A stretch of 43,962 bases of DNA from Myxococcales bacterium (GCA_009692605.1 SHYV01000003.1:1-43962); one strand, 5' to 3'; shown: positions 9,622 to 18,515, counted from the stretch's first letter. Notes: generated by a model from the sequence alone, not told the origin. Numbers and translations are program-made.

Positions 9622-10139
9622 GGGGGCGGGCAGTCGTGACGGACCGGGCGGCCGAGCCGCACCACGACCGGGGCGACGACGACGTCTTGCGGGCGGTCGC
9701 CTGGGTCGGGCCGGAGCTTCGACCCATGGGCGTGCCGTCGATCGCCCTCTCCGATCCCGGCCGTGGCGCGTTGCTGCGGGACGCGATGGCCATCCGTCGT
9801 GCGGGCGTGGAGATCGCTCTGATCCAGGCGCAATCGGCGCGGCTCGGCGATCTGGCCGCGGCGTGCACCCTCGGCGGGGTGGCCGGGGTGGTGGGGTTCC
9901 TGGACGGCGAGCCACCAGCAAGGCTGAACCCAAGCGCAGGGCGGGGCCCGCCCGGTGTGCACGAGCCGCGCTGGTGGCATCGGCGCATCCACCGGTTCGC
10001 CTGCGCCGATGCAGAGAGCGCAAGAGAGTGGGGGCGGGCCGGCATCGCGCTCGGCCGGATCGTAGTCATCCCGCCCGGGCCGAGCGAGCGCGAAGCCCTC
10101 GAGGCCATCGTGCGCGAGGTGCGGAGCATGGCCCGATAG
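9618..10139 (+). CDS. Hypothetical protein resembling an isolated GT-B (GT4) glycosyltransferase N-terminal domain
   Basis: GTG 9618 overlaps the upstream TGA. RWWHRRIHRFACADAESAREWGRAGIALGRIVVIPPG resembles the end of the GT4 N-domain. Confidence 0.5.
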   Translation: MRGRAVVTDRAAEPHHDRGDDDVLRAVAWVGPELRPMGVPSIALSDPGRGALLRDAMAIRRAGVEIALIQAQSARLGDLAAACTLGGVAGVVGFLDGEPPARLNPSAGRGPPGVHEPRWWHRRIHRFACADAESAREWGRAGIALGRIVVIPPGPSEREALEAIVREVRSMAR

Positions 10140-10165
10140 CCGGCGGACGGCGCGCGCGATCTGGT

Positions 10166-11194
10166 TCAGGCGCTCCGGCCAAGCACCCCTGTCAGGCAAC
10201 CGATCCCGCCAGCGGCGCACAGGTACTGCGACACCGCGCGTTCGATCACCTCGACCCCTTCTGCCTCCAGCACCCCGCGCGTGCGCGGATTTCCAGCGGG
10301 CATGAGCACCACCCGCGGCGCCATCGTGACGAAGTTGTGCGACCGACCAGCGGCCAGCTCGCTCACCAACATGGGGTCGGCCGAGAGGTCGAGCAGCTTC
10401 ACACCCAGCCCGTCGAGGCACCGCCGCAGCCGCGGCGTCGGATGGCGCAGCGCGGCCAGGTCGGTGTCGATGAAGTTCACCATGCCGAGCAGGTGCTGCA
10501 CGCCCGGGGACATCGGCAGCGCGGCGCAGCGGACGCCCTGATCGGCGAGCACACGGCGTACAAGGCGGTAGCCCGCTTCGTTGGTGCGCCGGCCGACGCC
10601 CACCAGCACGAGGTCAGGGCGGACCCACAGCGCATCCGGCCCCTCGAAGGTCGCCGTTCCGGTCGGGGTGGCGAGGATCGGGATCCCCAGCCCGGCCAGA
10701 ACCGCCGCGGCACATCGCTCTTCGCCCGCGCGCTGCCCGGACGCCATCCGGGCGAGCACCGCTCCTTGGGGGGTCATGAAGGCGAGGTCACGCGCGAACA
10801 CGAGGTTCGGCGGGGCGCCGGCCTGACCGTCCGGGCGGGTGCCTAGGCGAGGAAGAAGCCAATGGACGGCGACCCCTCTGGATGCGTAGGCGTCGGCGAC
10901 CCCGGCTGCCTCGTCCCGCATCTTCCCAAGGTCGGGCCGGGAGTACATGAGCTGCGCCGCGGGCGACTCTGCGTAAGCCAGCTCGTCCCCCGGCCCGGTC
11001 AGCAGCACCGCGGTCAACCGAGCGACCTCACTGCTGAGCCCATAGTCGCCCCAAACCGTGCCCATCTCTTGGGCGTGCGACAGGCCGCGCGGGCGCCAGC
11101 CCTCGCCCATCAGCGTGGAGGGCGCAGGGTCGGCCGGCGCGGGCGCGGGCCTCGCCCGACGCAGGTCAGTCCCAGGTGTTCGGATCGGGGTCAT
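10166..11194 (-). CDS. Amidinotransferase / arginine deiminase / dimethylargininase superfamily (pentein) enzyme
   Basis: SEVARLTAVLL..PG.EL, PNLVFARD, FEGPD, RTNEAG, QHL and C-terminal GGIGCLT; the catalytic Cys/His/acid set appears present. Start 11194 or 11200. Confidence 0.85.
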   Translation of the reverse strand: MTPIRTPGTDLRRARPAPAPADPAPSTLMGEGWRPRGLSHAQEMGTVWGDYGLSSEVARLTAVLLTGPGDELAYAESPAAQLMYSRPDLGKMRDEAAGVADAYASRGVAVHWLLPRLGTRPDGQAGAPPNLVFARDLAFMTPQGAVLARMASGQRAGEERCAAAVLAGLGIPILATPTGTATFEGPDALWVRPDLVLVGVGRRTNEAGYRLVRRVLADQGVRCAALPMSPGVQHLLGMVNFIDTDLAALRHPTPRLRRCLDGLGVKLLDLSADPMLVSELAAGRSHNFVTMAPRVVLMPAGNPRTRGVLEAEGVEVIERAVSQYLCAAGGIGCLTGVLGRSA

Positions 11195-12503
11195 ACCCAA
11201 GCTCCTCCATCAGATGTCGGTGGACCGGATCCGCGAGCAGCGGGGCCAGCAGCTCGATCCGCGCGAACCAGCGCCGGGCGCGCGGCTGCTCTGTGGCCAT
11301 CACCAGCGGCAGACCAGAGACGAGGACCGGGCCGAGATCCGCGGCGATCGGCGCCCCCAACCACTCGCCAAGCTGGGCCAGCGCCCGCTGCTGCCGGGCG
11401 GGCGTTCCGACGATGTCCTCGAACCGGAGGCGCAGGCTCTGCCCGTCGCGCACCTGCGCCATCAGCGCCGCGTGCGCCGACCGCCACTGAAACGCGCACA
11501 CATGCTCGAGGGGAGCGTCGGTGTAGGCCTGCCAGCCCGGCGGGCGGTCGAACTTCCACCACCGATCACCGGCCGGCGCCACATCCGAATACCCAGCGAT
11601 CGCGAGTCGGCGGGCGAGGTGTGAATGGAAGCCCGGGTATCGCCAGCCGTCGTAGAGCCCGTTCACGCTCCCCGCGATGCTGCGCACCAGATGGAGGACC
11701 CGCAGCCTCGCCGCAGGAAAGAGCCGGCGCAGCCACCCGACCCGGTAGGCGTTGCTGGGCGTCTTCAATACCACCGGCAGCGACCCCAGATCCGCCTCGG
11801 TCGCCAGGCGCCACGGACAAGCCAACACGAACGGCGGCTCTTCCACGAGCGGACCGGGCACGAATGGGTCGGGCCAGGGACCGGGGCAGTGGGCAGAGAT
11901 GAGCCCGCGCTCGATGTCGTAAGCCGCCGGGTGGACCTCCGGCCATCGCAAACGCAGCGCGCCGAGCAGCCGGGCGTGGAATGCCTGCGCATCGACGAAC
12001 ACCCCCTCCGGCCAGCCCTCCTCGGCGCGCAGCACAGCGAGCACCGCCCGAACGGAGCGCGCCACGGTGCCGGCGTCGAAGCTCAACATCGGCCACTGAA
12101 TGGTGAGGCGAGCCGCGATCTCACAGGAAAACCGCCACTCCTCGGCCTCACCCGACAACCTGCGGGTCGGCCGGCCGCAGTCCCAGCCGAGATCGACCCC
12201 GAGCCCCGGCGGGACCGCCGTGGTGTCGCAGATGGCGTCCGAGTCGTCGGACTCGAGCCCGTTGAGCCGCAGAAAGGGGTTGGTCTCGCCCCGGAAATGG
12301 AGCAAGTGCGGGCTGCGCCGCAGCAGCTCGGCGAAGATTGAGCTGCCCCCGCGCGAGCTCGACCCGACGATCACCACGTCTCGCGCCAGCTTGGCGACGT
12401 CCGGCGGCGTCGGTGCCCCGGACAGCGCGTGCAACCCGGCGAGTCGCGCCTGGACCTCAGCGGCGAGCCCGGCGGTCCCAGATTGCATTGCGTCAGGGCC
12501 CAT
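11166..12503 (-). CDS. PAPS-dependent sulfotransferase family protein (with a large internal insertion)
   Basis: PSB-loop-like IVGSSRGGSSIFAELLRRSP, VLKTPSN, HLVRS..GSVNGL, RLRFED, C-terminal MEELGY. Confidence 0.75.
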   Translation of the reverse strand: MGPDAMQSGTAGLAAEVQARLAGLHALSGAPTPPDVAKLARDVVIVGSSSRGGSSIFAELLRRSPHLLHFRGETNPFLRLNGLESDDSDAICDTTAVPPGLGVDLGWDCGRPTRRLSGEAEEWRFSCEIAARLTIQWPMLSFDAGTVARSVRAVLAVLRAEEGWPEGVFVDAQAFHARLLGALRLRWPEVHPAAYDIERGLISAHCPGPWPDPFVPGPLVEEPPFVLACPWRLATEADLGSLPVVLKTPSNAYRVGWLRRLFPAARLRVLHLVRSIAGSVNGLYDGWRYPGFHSHLARRLAIAGYSDVAPAGDRWWKFDRPPGWQAYTDAPLEHVCAFQWRSAHAALMAQVRDGQSLRLRFEDIVGTPARQQRALAQLGEWLGAPIAADLGPVLVSGLPLVMATEQPRARRWFARIELLAPLLADPVHRHLMEELGYDPDPNTWD

Positions 12504-13566
12504 TCAGCACCAGCAGCAGCTTCACGCGCTGCACCACCCAGTAGCGCCGCCACCGCAGCCCGACGTTCTTGTCTTTCCGCAGCGATCGCCACTCCACCGT
12601 CAGCCACGACGCCCAGTCCGACAGCGTCCAGCGCGCCCGCTGCAGGGCCGACGGACCGGTCGCACGCTGCTCCGCGGAGCGCGCCGGCACGTACCCCAGC
12701 GCCTCCATCGTCTCCCCGGCCGCGGACTCGACGGCGAGCACCTCTTCGTCGGTCAGGTCTTTCCTCCACCGATCCAGCGCGTCCCCCCGGATCGGCGCCG
12801 CGGTGTGCTTCCAGGACTCGGAGAGCCCGGACGAACGCTGTGCCTCCTTTCCCTTGAAAAACTCCAGCATCGGTGGGTGAAACGCCTCGCCTACATACTC
12901 GCAGATGCGGCGCACCTGAGCCTCCGCCGCGCCCGGCGCCACAAGGTCTTCGTAGCGGATCCGCAGCAGCGGCACGCCGCGCGCCTCCAACGCGAGCCCC
13001 TGATCCTGCTGGCGTGTCCAGAGCTCTGCCGTCATCCGCGGATGAAACGCCGAGAACACCGACTCGCGCGACGAGGCCGCTACATCACGAGGATCGCGGT
13101 ACAGCCAAAGCAGGCGCGCGTTTGGCCACTCGGCGAGGATGCGCTCGGCATGCTCGATCATGAAGGTGCTCTTGCAGCCCCATCGGCCACCGTCGGGGCC
13201 GAGGTCGTGATCGCGGACCGCCTCGTGCAACGCCGCGTACACCGAGAACAGATCCAGCTTTCCGGTGCCCGGCTCGGGCCGGGCGCGCCGAACCAGCTCG
13301 GCCGCGTCCGGCACCCACGGCCAGGGATGAATGTGAGCGCGCACCAGCACCAGCACGTCGTCGACCAGCCGGCGAAACCGGCCAGCGGTGCCCAGATCGC
13401 CGTACCCTGGCACGATGGGCGCGAAGTAGCGCATCACATGCGGCGGGTGCGGGATCACTATCCGCGGGTGGCTGTCGAGGAGCAGCCGCAGCAGATTGGA
13501 GCCCGACCGCTCGGTGCCAAGGATGAACAGGGGCGGGGGCGACGCTCCGGGCGACGGATCGGGCAT
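12493..13566 (-). CDS. PAPS-dependent sulfotransferase family protein
   Basis: FILGTERSGSNLLRLLLDSHP, WGCKST, LYRDPRDVAASS, IRYEDLV, DRWR, MEALGY. Start placed at ATG 13566. Confidence 0.88.
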   Translation of the reverse strand: MPDPSPGASPPPLFILGTERSGSNLLRLLLDSHPRIVIPHPPHVMRYFAPIVPGYGDLGTAGRFRRLVDDVLVLVRAHIHPWPWVPDAAELVRRARPEPGTGKLDLFSVYAALHEAVRDHDLGPDGGRWGCKSTFMIEHAERILAEWPNARLLWLYRDPRDVAASSRESVFSAFHPRMTAELWTRQQDQGLALEARGVPLLRIRYEDLVAPGAAEAQVRRICEYVGEAFHPPMLEFFKGKEAQRSSGLSESWKHTAAPIRGDALDRWRKDLTDEEVLAVESAAGETMEALGYVPARSAEQRATGPSALQRARWTLSDWASWLTVEWRSLRKDKNVGLRWRRYWVVQRVKLLLVLNGP

Positions 13567-13604
13567 GGTGTCAGCGAGGTATCGCGCAGACGAAGGGCCC
13601 GGAG

Positions 13605-15186
13605 TCACGGAACCGTGCGGGCGAGGCGGAAGCCGGCGGCGGTCCACGCGAACTCCGGGGGCAGCCCAGACCGGTAGTATACGCTCGGCACGGGCTCTTC
13701 CGACTCGTAGTATCCACCCCGATGGACACGCTTTGAGCCCGACCCCGATCCCGGCGGATCCACCTGCGGGGCCGCGTCGCCGTACCCGCCGTAGGCCGAA
13801 TCATACCAGTCATTGGCCCACTCCTGCACGTTGCCGCTCATGTCGCACAGTCCCCATGCGTTCGAGTCCAACTCACACACCTGGCGCGGGGTGTCACCTG
13901 AGTTCTCATGGGTCCACGCCACGTCCCCCATGATGTCCGATCCAGCGTAGGTCCAATCCTCCCCGGCCCGCGCCGCGTACTCCCACTCAGCCTCGGTCGG
14001 CAGTCGGTAGCCCGGGCAGGAATACGGGTCCGGGATGTACGCAGCGGCCAAGTCGGTGCCGTCGCTGAGGTAGCAGGGGGTCAGGTGTTCCTGGGTGGAC
14101 AGCGCATTGCAGTAGATCGCCGCTTCGTACCAGGTGATGCCCTCCAACGGACAATCTCCGTACTCACACATGGAGTAGGGAATGATGGCCCCGGACCGCT
14201 CCCACTCGGTCCGCGTCAGCTCAGTCCGGCCGATCCAGAAGTCGCGGGTCAGGGTGACGTCGTGGGTCAGGTAGGTGGAACCCTTCCCCATCACGAACGT
14301 GCCCGACGCGATCGCGATCATCTCGCCGCCGTACGCCGTCGTGTAGTCCACGCACACCGACGAGGCCCCGTCCGGGCGGGCGTCATCGCAGTCCCTCCAG
14401 TTGTCCGCGTAGCCAGCCGGACCGTCGCACACCAGGTCTGGCAACGCATCCGTCGGGGTGCCCGACCCGTCCCCGTCCCCATCGGGGTACCACACCATCT
14501 GGCCGGTCGCCGACGGGTCGGCGTCGTCGATGCCCGTCGCAGTCCTCGTCCGCCATCGCAGCATCGCAGACCTCCTGGCCGGTGGGGGACACGTCGGCGC
14601 GGGTGTCGTCGCAGTCGGCGCTGTCGCCGATCGACCCGGCGGGAGGCTCGCAGGAGACGGCCGGGCTGTGCATGTCGCCATAGCCGTCGCCGTCGCTGTC
14701 GGGGTACCACAGGGTGTCGGGGTTAATCTCCGCGTCCGTGTCGTCGCAGTCCTGGTCGTCCGCCAGGAACCCCTCGGGCTGCTCGCAGACCGCCACGCCG
14801 AGGGCAGAGCCGTACCCGTCCCCATCGCCGTCCGGGTACCACGAAGGGGGCTCCTGCCCTTCGTTTACCTCACCGTCGCAGTTGTCGTCGTAGTAATTGC
14901 AGACCTCCACGGCGCCAGGAAACACAGCGGGGTTCGAGTCGTTGCAGTCGTCGCGGCGCGCCGACCTGCCGTACCCCAGCACGCACGTGTCCGTCTCGGC
15001 AAGCCCGCCGTACCCGTCGCCGTCTGCGTCAACGTAGAACCCACCGGTCGCGCCGATCGCAGGGTCGTCATCGTCGCAGTCATCCGGCCGCGGGCCCCCG
15101 TCACCGTCGAGGTCCATGCGGTCGTCAAGGTCGGTGTCGCGTACGAGCGCACAGCCGCATAGCCCCCAGACGGCGAGCCCGCTCAC
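13605..15186 (-). pseudogene. Frameshifted lipoprotein: Cys/Asp-rich MopE-like repeats + C-terminal FGE-sulfatase (SUMF1-like) domain
   Basis: Frame 1 (from 15186) has a LCGC lipobox-like signal and DCDD / YxDxDGDGYG repeats up to DEDCDG. Frame 2 resumes IDDADPSATGQMVWYPDGDGDG, then FVMG, RLPTEAEWEYAARAG, NAWGLCDMSGNVQEW, GFRLAR. The frames switch at about 14532. May be a sequencing error. Confidence 0.8.
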
Positions 15187-15309
15187 GGCGCGAAGCGAAA
15201 ATTCAGGGTTAACATACTGAAGTGTAACACGACCCGAGGAGCGATGAGCCTCTTGGCGGTTGCGCGCACGCCGCCGGACGGCGACCTGCGGCCGACAGGC
15301 TCCTCGTCC

Positions 15310-16125
15310 TCACCGAGCCGCCCCCGGGACCGCAACCGGGCTCGCCGGGCGACCCGACGCCTCTCCCCGAAGCACCCCCGGAAACGCCACCCCCACCCGC
15401 GTCGAGGCCAGCTCCAGCCGGCCGAGCAGCGCGCGCGCCTCTGGCGTCACCAGCGAGCCCTTCCAGCCGACGTCCCGTAGCTCCTCCACGCCCGGCACCA
15501 CCGCCGCAGGGTCGACGGAGAGGATCTCATCGCGCAGGACCAGCAGCACGAAATAGCTCTCCGGCGGATTGGCGGTCACCCCCACCGGGCGCAGCACATC
15601 ACCTTCTGGGGGCGCACGTAGCGGACCGGGGGCAGGCTCGGGCCCAAGCAGGATGGACACCTCCTCGCCCGATGCCGCGCTGGGCCCGCCCCCCCGCTGC
15701 GGACCGGCCACCCCCGGAATCAGGCTCGACGGCGGCCCCATCCCCATGGGCATCGGTGGGTCGACCGGCTCCCGAGCCCGCCCCTCCTCGATCGCGCGCG
15801 CTTCGTTCGCCAGCTTGTTCTTCTTGTGTAACTTTTTACGTTTCATCGGGGGTTTTTTTATGTCGGTCACCTCGAAGAAGTGCTTGGGGTCGGCGTCGTC
15901 CACCAGCTCGTCCAGCTCAGAGACGCTCAAGTCCCCGTCGTGGTCCAGATCGACAACGGCATAGTCAGGGGCCGAGAACGCCACCCGACCGTACTCGGCG
16001 GCGGTCACCCGGCCGTCAGCGTCCAGATCCAGCGCGGCGCGGGCCGGGGCGATGGCGCGCTCAGACGTCCAGACTGGGGCCCGGGCGCAGGCAAGCAATA
16101 CCAACATCGGCACAATGCCGCTCAC
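15310..16125 (-). CDS. Putative lipoprotein with an EF-hand pair
   Basis: GTG overlaps the upstream TGA; LVLLAC lipobox-like; loops DLDADGRVTAAE and DLDHDGDLSVSE match the EF-hand DxDxDG....E pattern. Confidence 0.65.
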   Translation of the reverse strand: MSGIVPMLVLLACARAPVWTSERAIAPARAALDLDADGRVTAAEYGRVAFSAPDYAVVDLDHDGDLSVSELDELVDDADPKHFFEVTDIKKPPMKRKKLHKKNKLANEARAIEEGRAREPVDPPMPMGMGPPSSLIPGVAGPQRGGGPSAASGEEVSILLGPEPAPGPLRAPPEGDVLRPVGVTANPPESYFVLLVLRDEILSVDPAAVVPGVEELRDVGWKGSLVTPEARALLGRLELASTRVGVAFPGVLRGEASGRPASPVAVPGAAR

Positions 16126-17597
16126 GGCGTCACCTCAAAGTAGCCGTGGTCGCGCAGCGACTGCTTCAGCGCCGCCGGGATCGGGCTCGCGGTCACGTCC
16201 GGTCCGGCCTCGAGCGTGCGAAGCCAGGCCACCAGCTCGGCGCGAAGGCTGGCGCGGGCCACAAGGTCTGCAGTCCCCTCAAAGCCGGGGCCATCGAGCC
16301 GCGCCACCTCGACGACGTCGGCCAGATAGCGACCAGTGGCCGGCATACCCGCGTAGGTCAAGCGCCCCTCGTGGCCCCGCACGCTCACGATACGCATCCG
16401 CACGTTGCCCTGCGAATGGGCGTACTCACGTCCTTCGAACTCCAGATCTTCAAGTGCGCCCACCAGCGACCGCCCCCGAATACCCGCCGGAGCCCGGGCG
16501 CCGGCGATCTCCGCCAAGGTCGGCAGCAGGTCCACCAGCTCCACGAACGAGGCGATGTGTCGGCCACCGCGCGCCCCGCCGGGCAACCGGACCATCAAGA
16601 CGCTCTGAGTCTCCTCGTCGCCAAGCCCGCAGCAGTGCCCGAAGATCCCACGTTCACCGAGCTGCTCCCCATGGTCGGACATCACCACGATGACCGCCTT
16701 GTCGAGCACGCCCCGCTGCTCGAGGCCAGCGAGGAGCTTGCCGAACATCGCATCCGAGTAGGAGACAGCGCCGTTGTACACGCCGCGGATGTAGGTGACG
16801 TCTTCTCCCGACACGGCCACCGGAGCTTCGCCCTGCCCCAGCAGCTCCTGCACGCGGGCACGATTCTGGGGGGACCGGGCCCGCAGCAGCCCATTGTCGG
16901 CGCGCAGGAGCCCGTCGAGGTTTGGGTAGATGTGCCCGTCGATGATCCGCTCGGTGGCGGTCTGCACCGCCATAGCCGCGGCGCCCGTCCAGCCGAGGTC
17001 AGCGTGCAGGTACCCGTAGGGCGTTGGTTTCAGGTAGATCGAATGACAGTCGTACCCGTGGAGGAACAGGAACCACGGCTGTGCAGGGTTTACCGTGTCC
17101 AACCAGGCCAGCGCACGCGGAAAGGTGTGGTAAAGACTGCCGAAGTCTTCGCTTGTCTCGTAGGTCGCGAAGCCCTGTGTCAGCTTGCGGTGGGGCGAGA
17201 GGTCTCCGCCGGCGACAAAGCCCGCGGTCTGGTAGCCATAGACGCCGAGCACCGAGGCGAGGGTGGGGTGCTCGCGGACCAGCACCGTCTGGTTGTCCGG
17301 GCTCGTCTGCTCGGTTGGGTAGCGGCTGGTGAACATGCTGGCGTGCGATGGCGCGGTCTGCACGGCCTGACTGTAGGCGCGGTCGAATACGACGGCCTCA
17401 CGCGCGAACGCGTCGAGGTTGGGCGTCAGGCCATCCGGGTTGCCGTATGCGCCGAGGCGGTCGGGCCGAAGGGTGTCCATCGAGACGACGAGGATGGGCG
17501 CGCCGGGCGGGATGCCCGCGGGCCAGACGGGCGAGGGCCCTACCGGCGAGAGCCCGCTGCAACCCGTGAGGATGAGGGCGAGGCAGTACATCCGCAT
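16122..17597 (-). CDS. Sulfatase-like (alkaline phosphatase superfamily) lipoprotein with Thr at the nucleophile position
   Basis: Start ATG 17597 with LILTGC lipobox. VSMDTLRPD, TPNLD, TAPSHASMFTSRYP, HGYDCH, SDHGE, VELVDLLPTL, GRSL. The upstream part of the 958-aa track ORF is spurious. Confidence 0.85.
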   Translation of the reverse strand: MRMYCLALILTGCSGLSPVGPSPVWPAGIPPGAPILVVSMDTLRPDRLGAYGNPDGLTPNLDAFAREAVVFDRAYSQAVQTAPSHASMFTSRYPTEQTSPDNQTVLVREHPTLASVLGVYGYQTAGFVAGGDLSPHRKLTQGFATYETSEDFGSLYHTFPRALAWLDTVNPAQPWFLFLHGYDCHSIYLKPTPYGYLHADLGWTGAAAMAVQTATERIIDGHIYPNLDGLLRADNGLLRARSPQNRARVQELLGQGEAPVAVSGEDVTYIRGVYNGAVSYSDAMFGKLLAGLEQRGVLDKAVIVVMSDHGEQLGERGIFGHCCGLGDEETQSVLMVRLPGGARGGRHIASFVELVDLLPTLAEIAGARAPAGIRGRSLVGALEDLEFEGREYAHSQGNVRMRIVSVRGHEGRLTYAGMPATGRYLADVVEVARLDGPGFEGTADLVARASLRAELVAWLRTLEAGPDVTASPIPAALKQSLRDHGYFEVTP

Positions 17598-17711
17598 CCC
17601 GCCGGATAACGCGCCGGTCCGCTGCCCCGAAACGGCGTTCCTGGGCTGCAGGCGCGTTCGGGCTGGGCCATGGGACGGAGCGGCAGCGCCGAGCGCGGGG
17701 TAGAAGACCGA

Positions 17712-18515
17712 ATGCTCTTCCTCCTCCTCGGTTGTTTCTGGCACTACCCGCTGGTGCCGACCACCACCGCGCCGACGGCCACCTCGGTCGTGCAAGCCGC
17801 CGAGCCGCCCCCGATCACGTTCTCCCCGTTGGAGGAGAAGCTGGAGATCATCTTCACCGGGTCGACGGACGCCGACCAGCGGGACCGCCTGTCGAACCTG
17901 CGGGAGCTGCTCCACACCATGCGGGCGAAGGACCCAGTGGCCCAGCGCCGGGTGTACGACTTCGCCGACGGGATGCTGCGGATTGAAGCCCGAGGGGTCC
18001 CGCAGTCGCTGCCGGTCGAGGAGGGGCTGGAGCCGGTCGTGCCGATCCTCGAACGCCAGCTCGGCGAGCGCCAGATCGAAGCTGCCGAGCACCCGCCGGC
18101 CCCGCCGCCCCAGCCGGGCCCGCAGGCGGAGCAGCCCATCGCAGAGCGCGCGCTGGAGGGCACGCCGTTCCTGCCCATGCCGGTGGCGCCGACCGCCTTC
18201 GACCTGCTCGGGGCTGCGCGCGCACAGCTCGGCGCCTCTGCGTACATCGACGCCATCCAAACGCTCGCGCCCCTGACCTCGCCCGAAGCGGTGACCCTTC
18301 GCAAGGAGGCCGTGGACGCATGGGCCCGGTCCGAACGGGAGAGCGCTGGGGCGGAGTTCCTCGCTGCGCGAGCCCTGACCGGTCCGGCGCGCGCGGAGGC
18401 CCTGGTCAAAGCCCGCGATCACCTCGTCGCCATAAACGCCAGGTTTCCCGATAATAATTTCGCCGCTGCGATCGCGGACAACATCGCCAAGGTGAACGCC
18501 GAGCTTTCCCCGTGA
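17712..18515 (+). CDS. Hypothetical exported/lipoprotein, helical (TPR-like) C-terminus
   Basis: ATG 17712, MLFLLLGC; protein-like composition; stop overlaps the next GTG. Confidence 0.65.
   Translation: MLFLLLGCFWHYPLVPTTTAPTATSVVQAAEPPPITFSPLEEKLEIIFTGSTDADQRDRLSNLRELLHTMRAKDPVAQRRVYDFADGMLRIEARGVPQSLPVEEGLEPVVPILERQLGERQIEAAEHPPAPPPQPGPQAEQPIAERALEGTPFLPMPVAPTAFDLLGAARAQLGASAYIDAIQTLAPLTSPEAVTLRKEAVDAWARSERESAGAEFLAARALTGPARAEALVKARDHLVAINARFPDNNFAAAIADNIAKVNAELSP

Noticed and set aside
10166-13566. Saxitoxin/cylindrospermopsin-like cluster (amidinotransferase + sulfotransferase)
   Set aside because: No PKS/NRPS or other pathway genes are present; only the enzyme superfamilies are shared.
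13605-13740. Diversity-generating retroelement variable region at the end of the FGE-fold domain
   Set aside because: No reverse transcriptase or template repeat is visible in the window. Many codons at would-be variable positions end in G/A (GAG TCG GAA GAG), which does not fit AAY-derived diversification. A remote DGR cannot be fully excluded.
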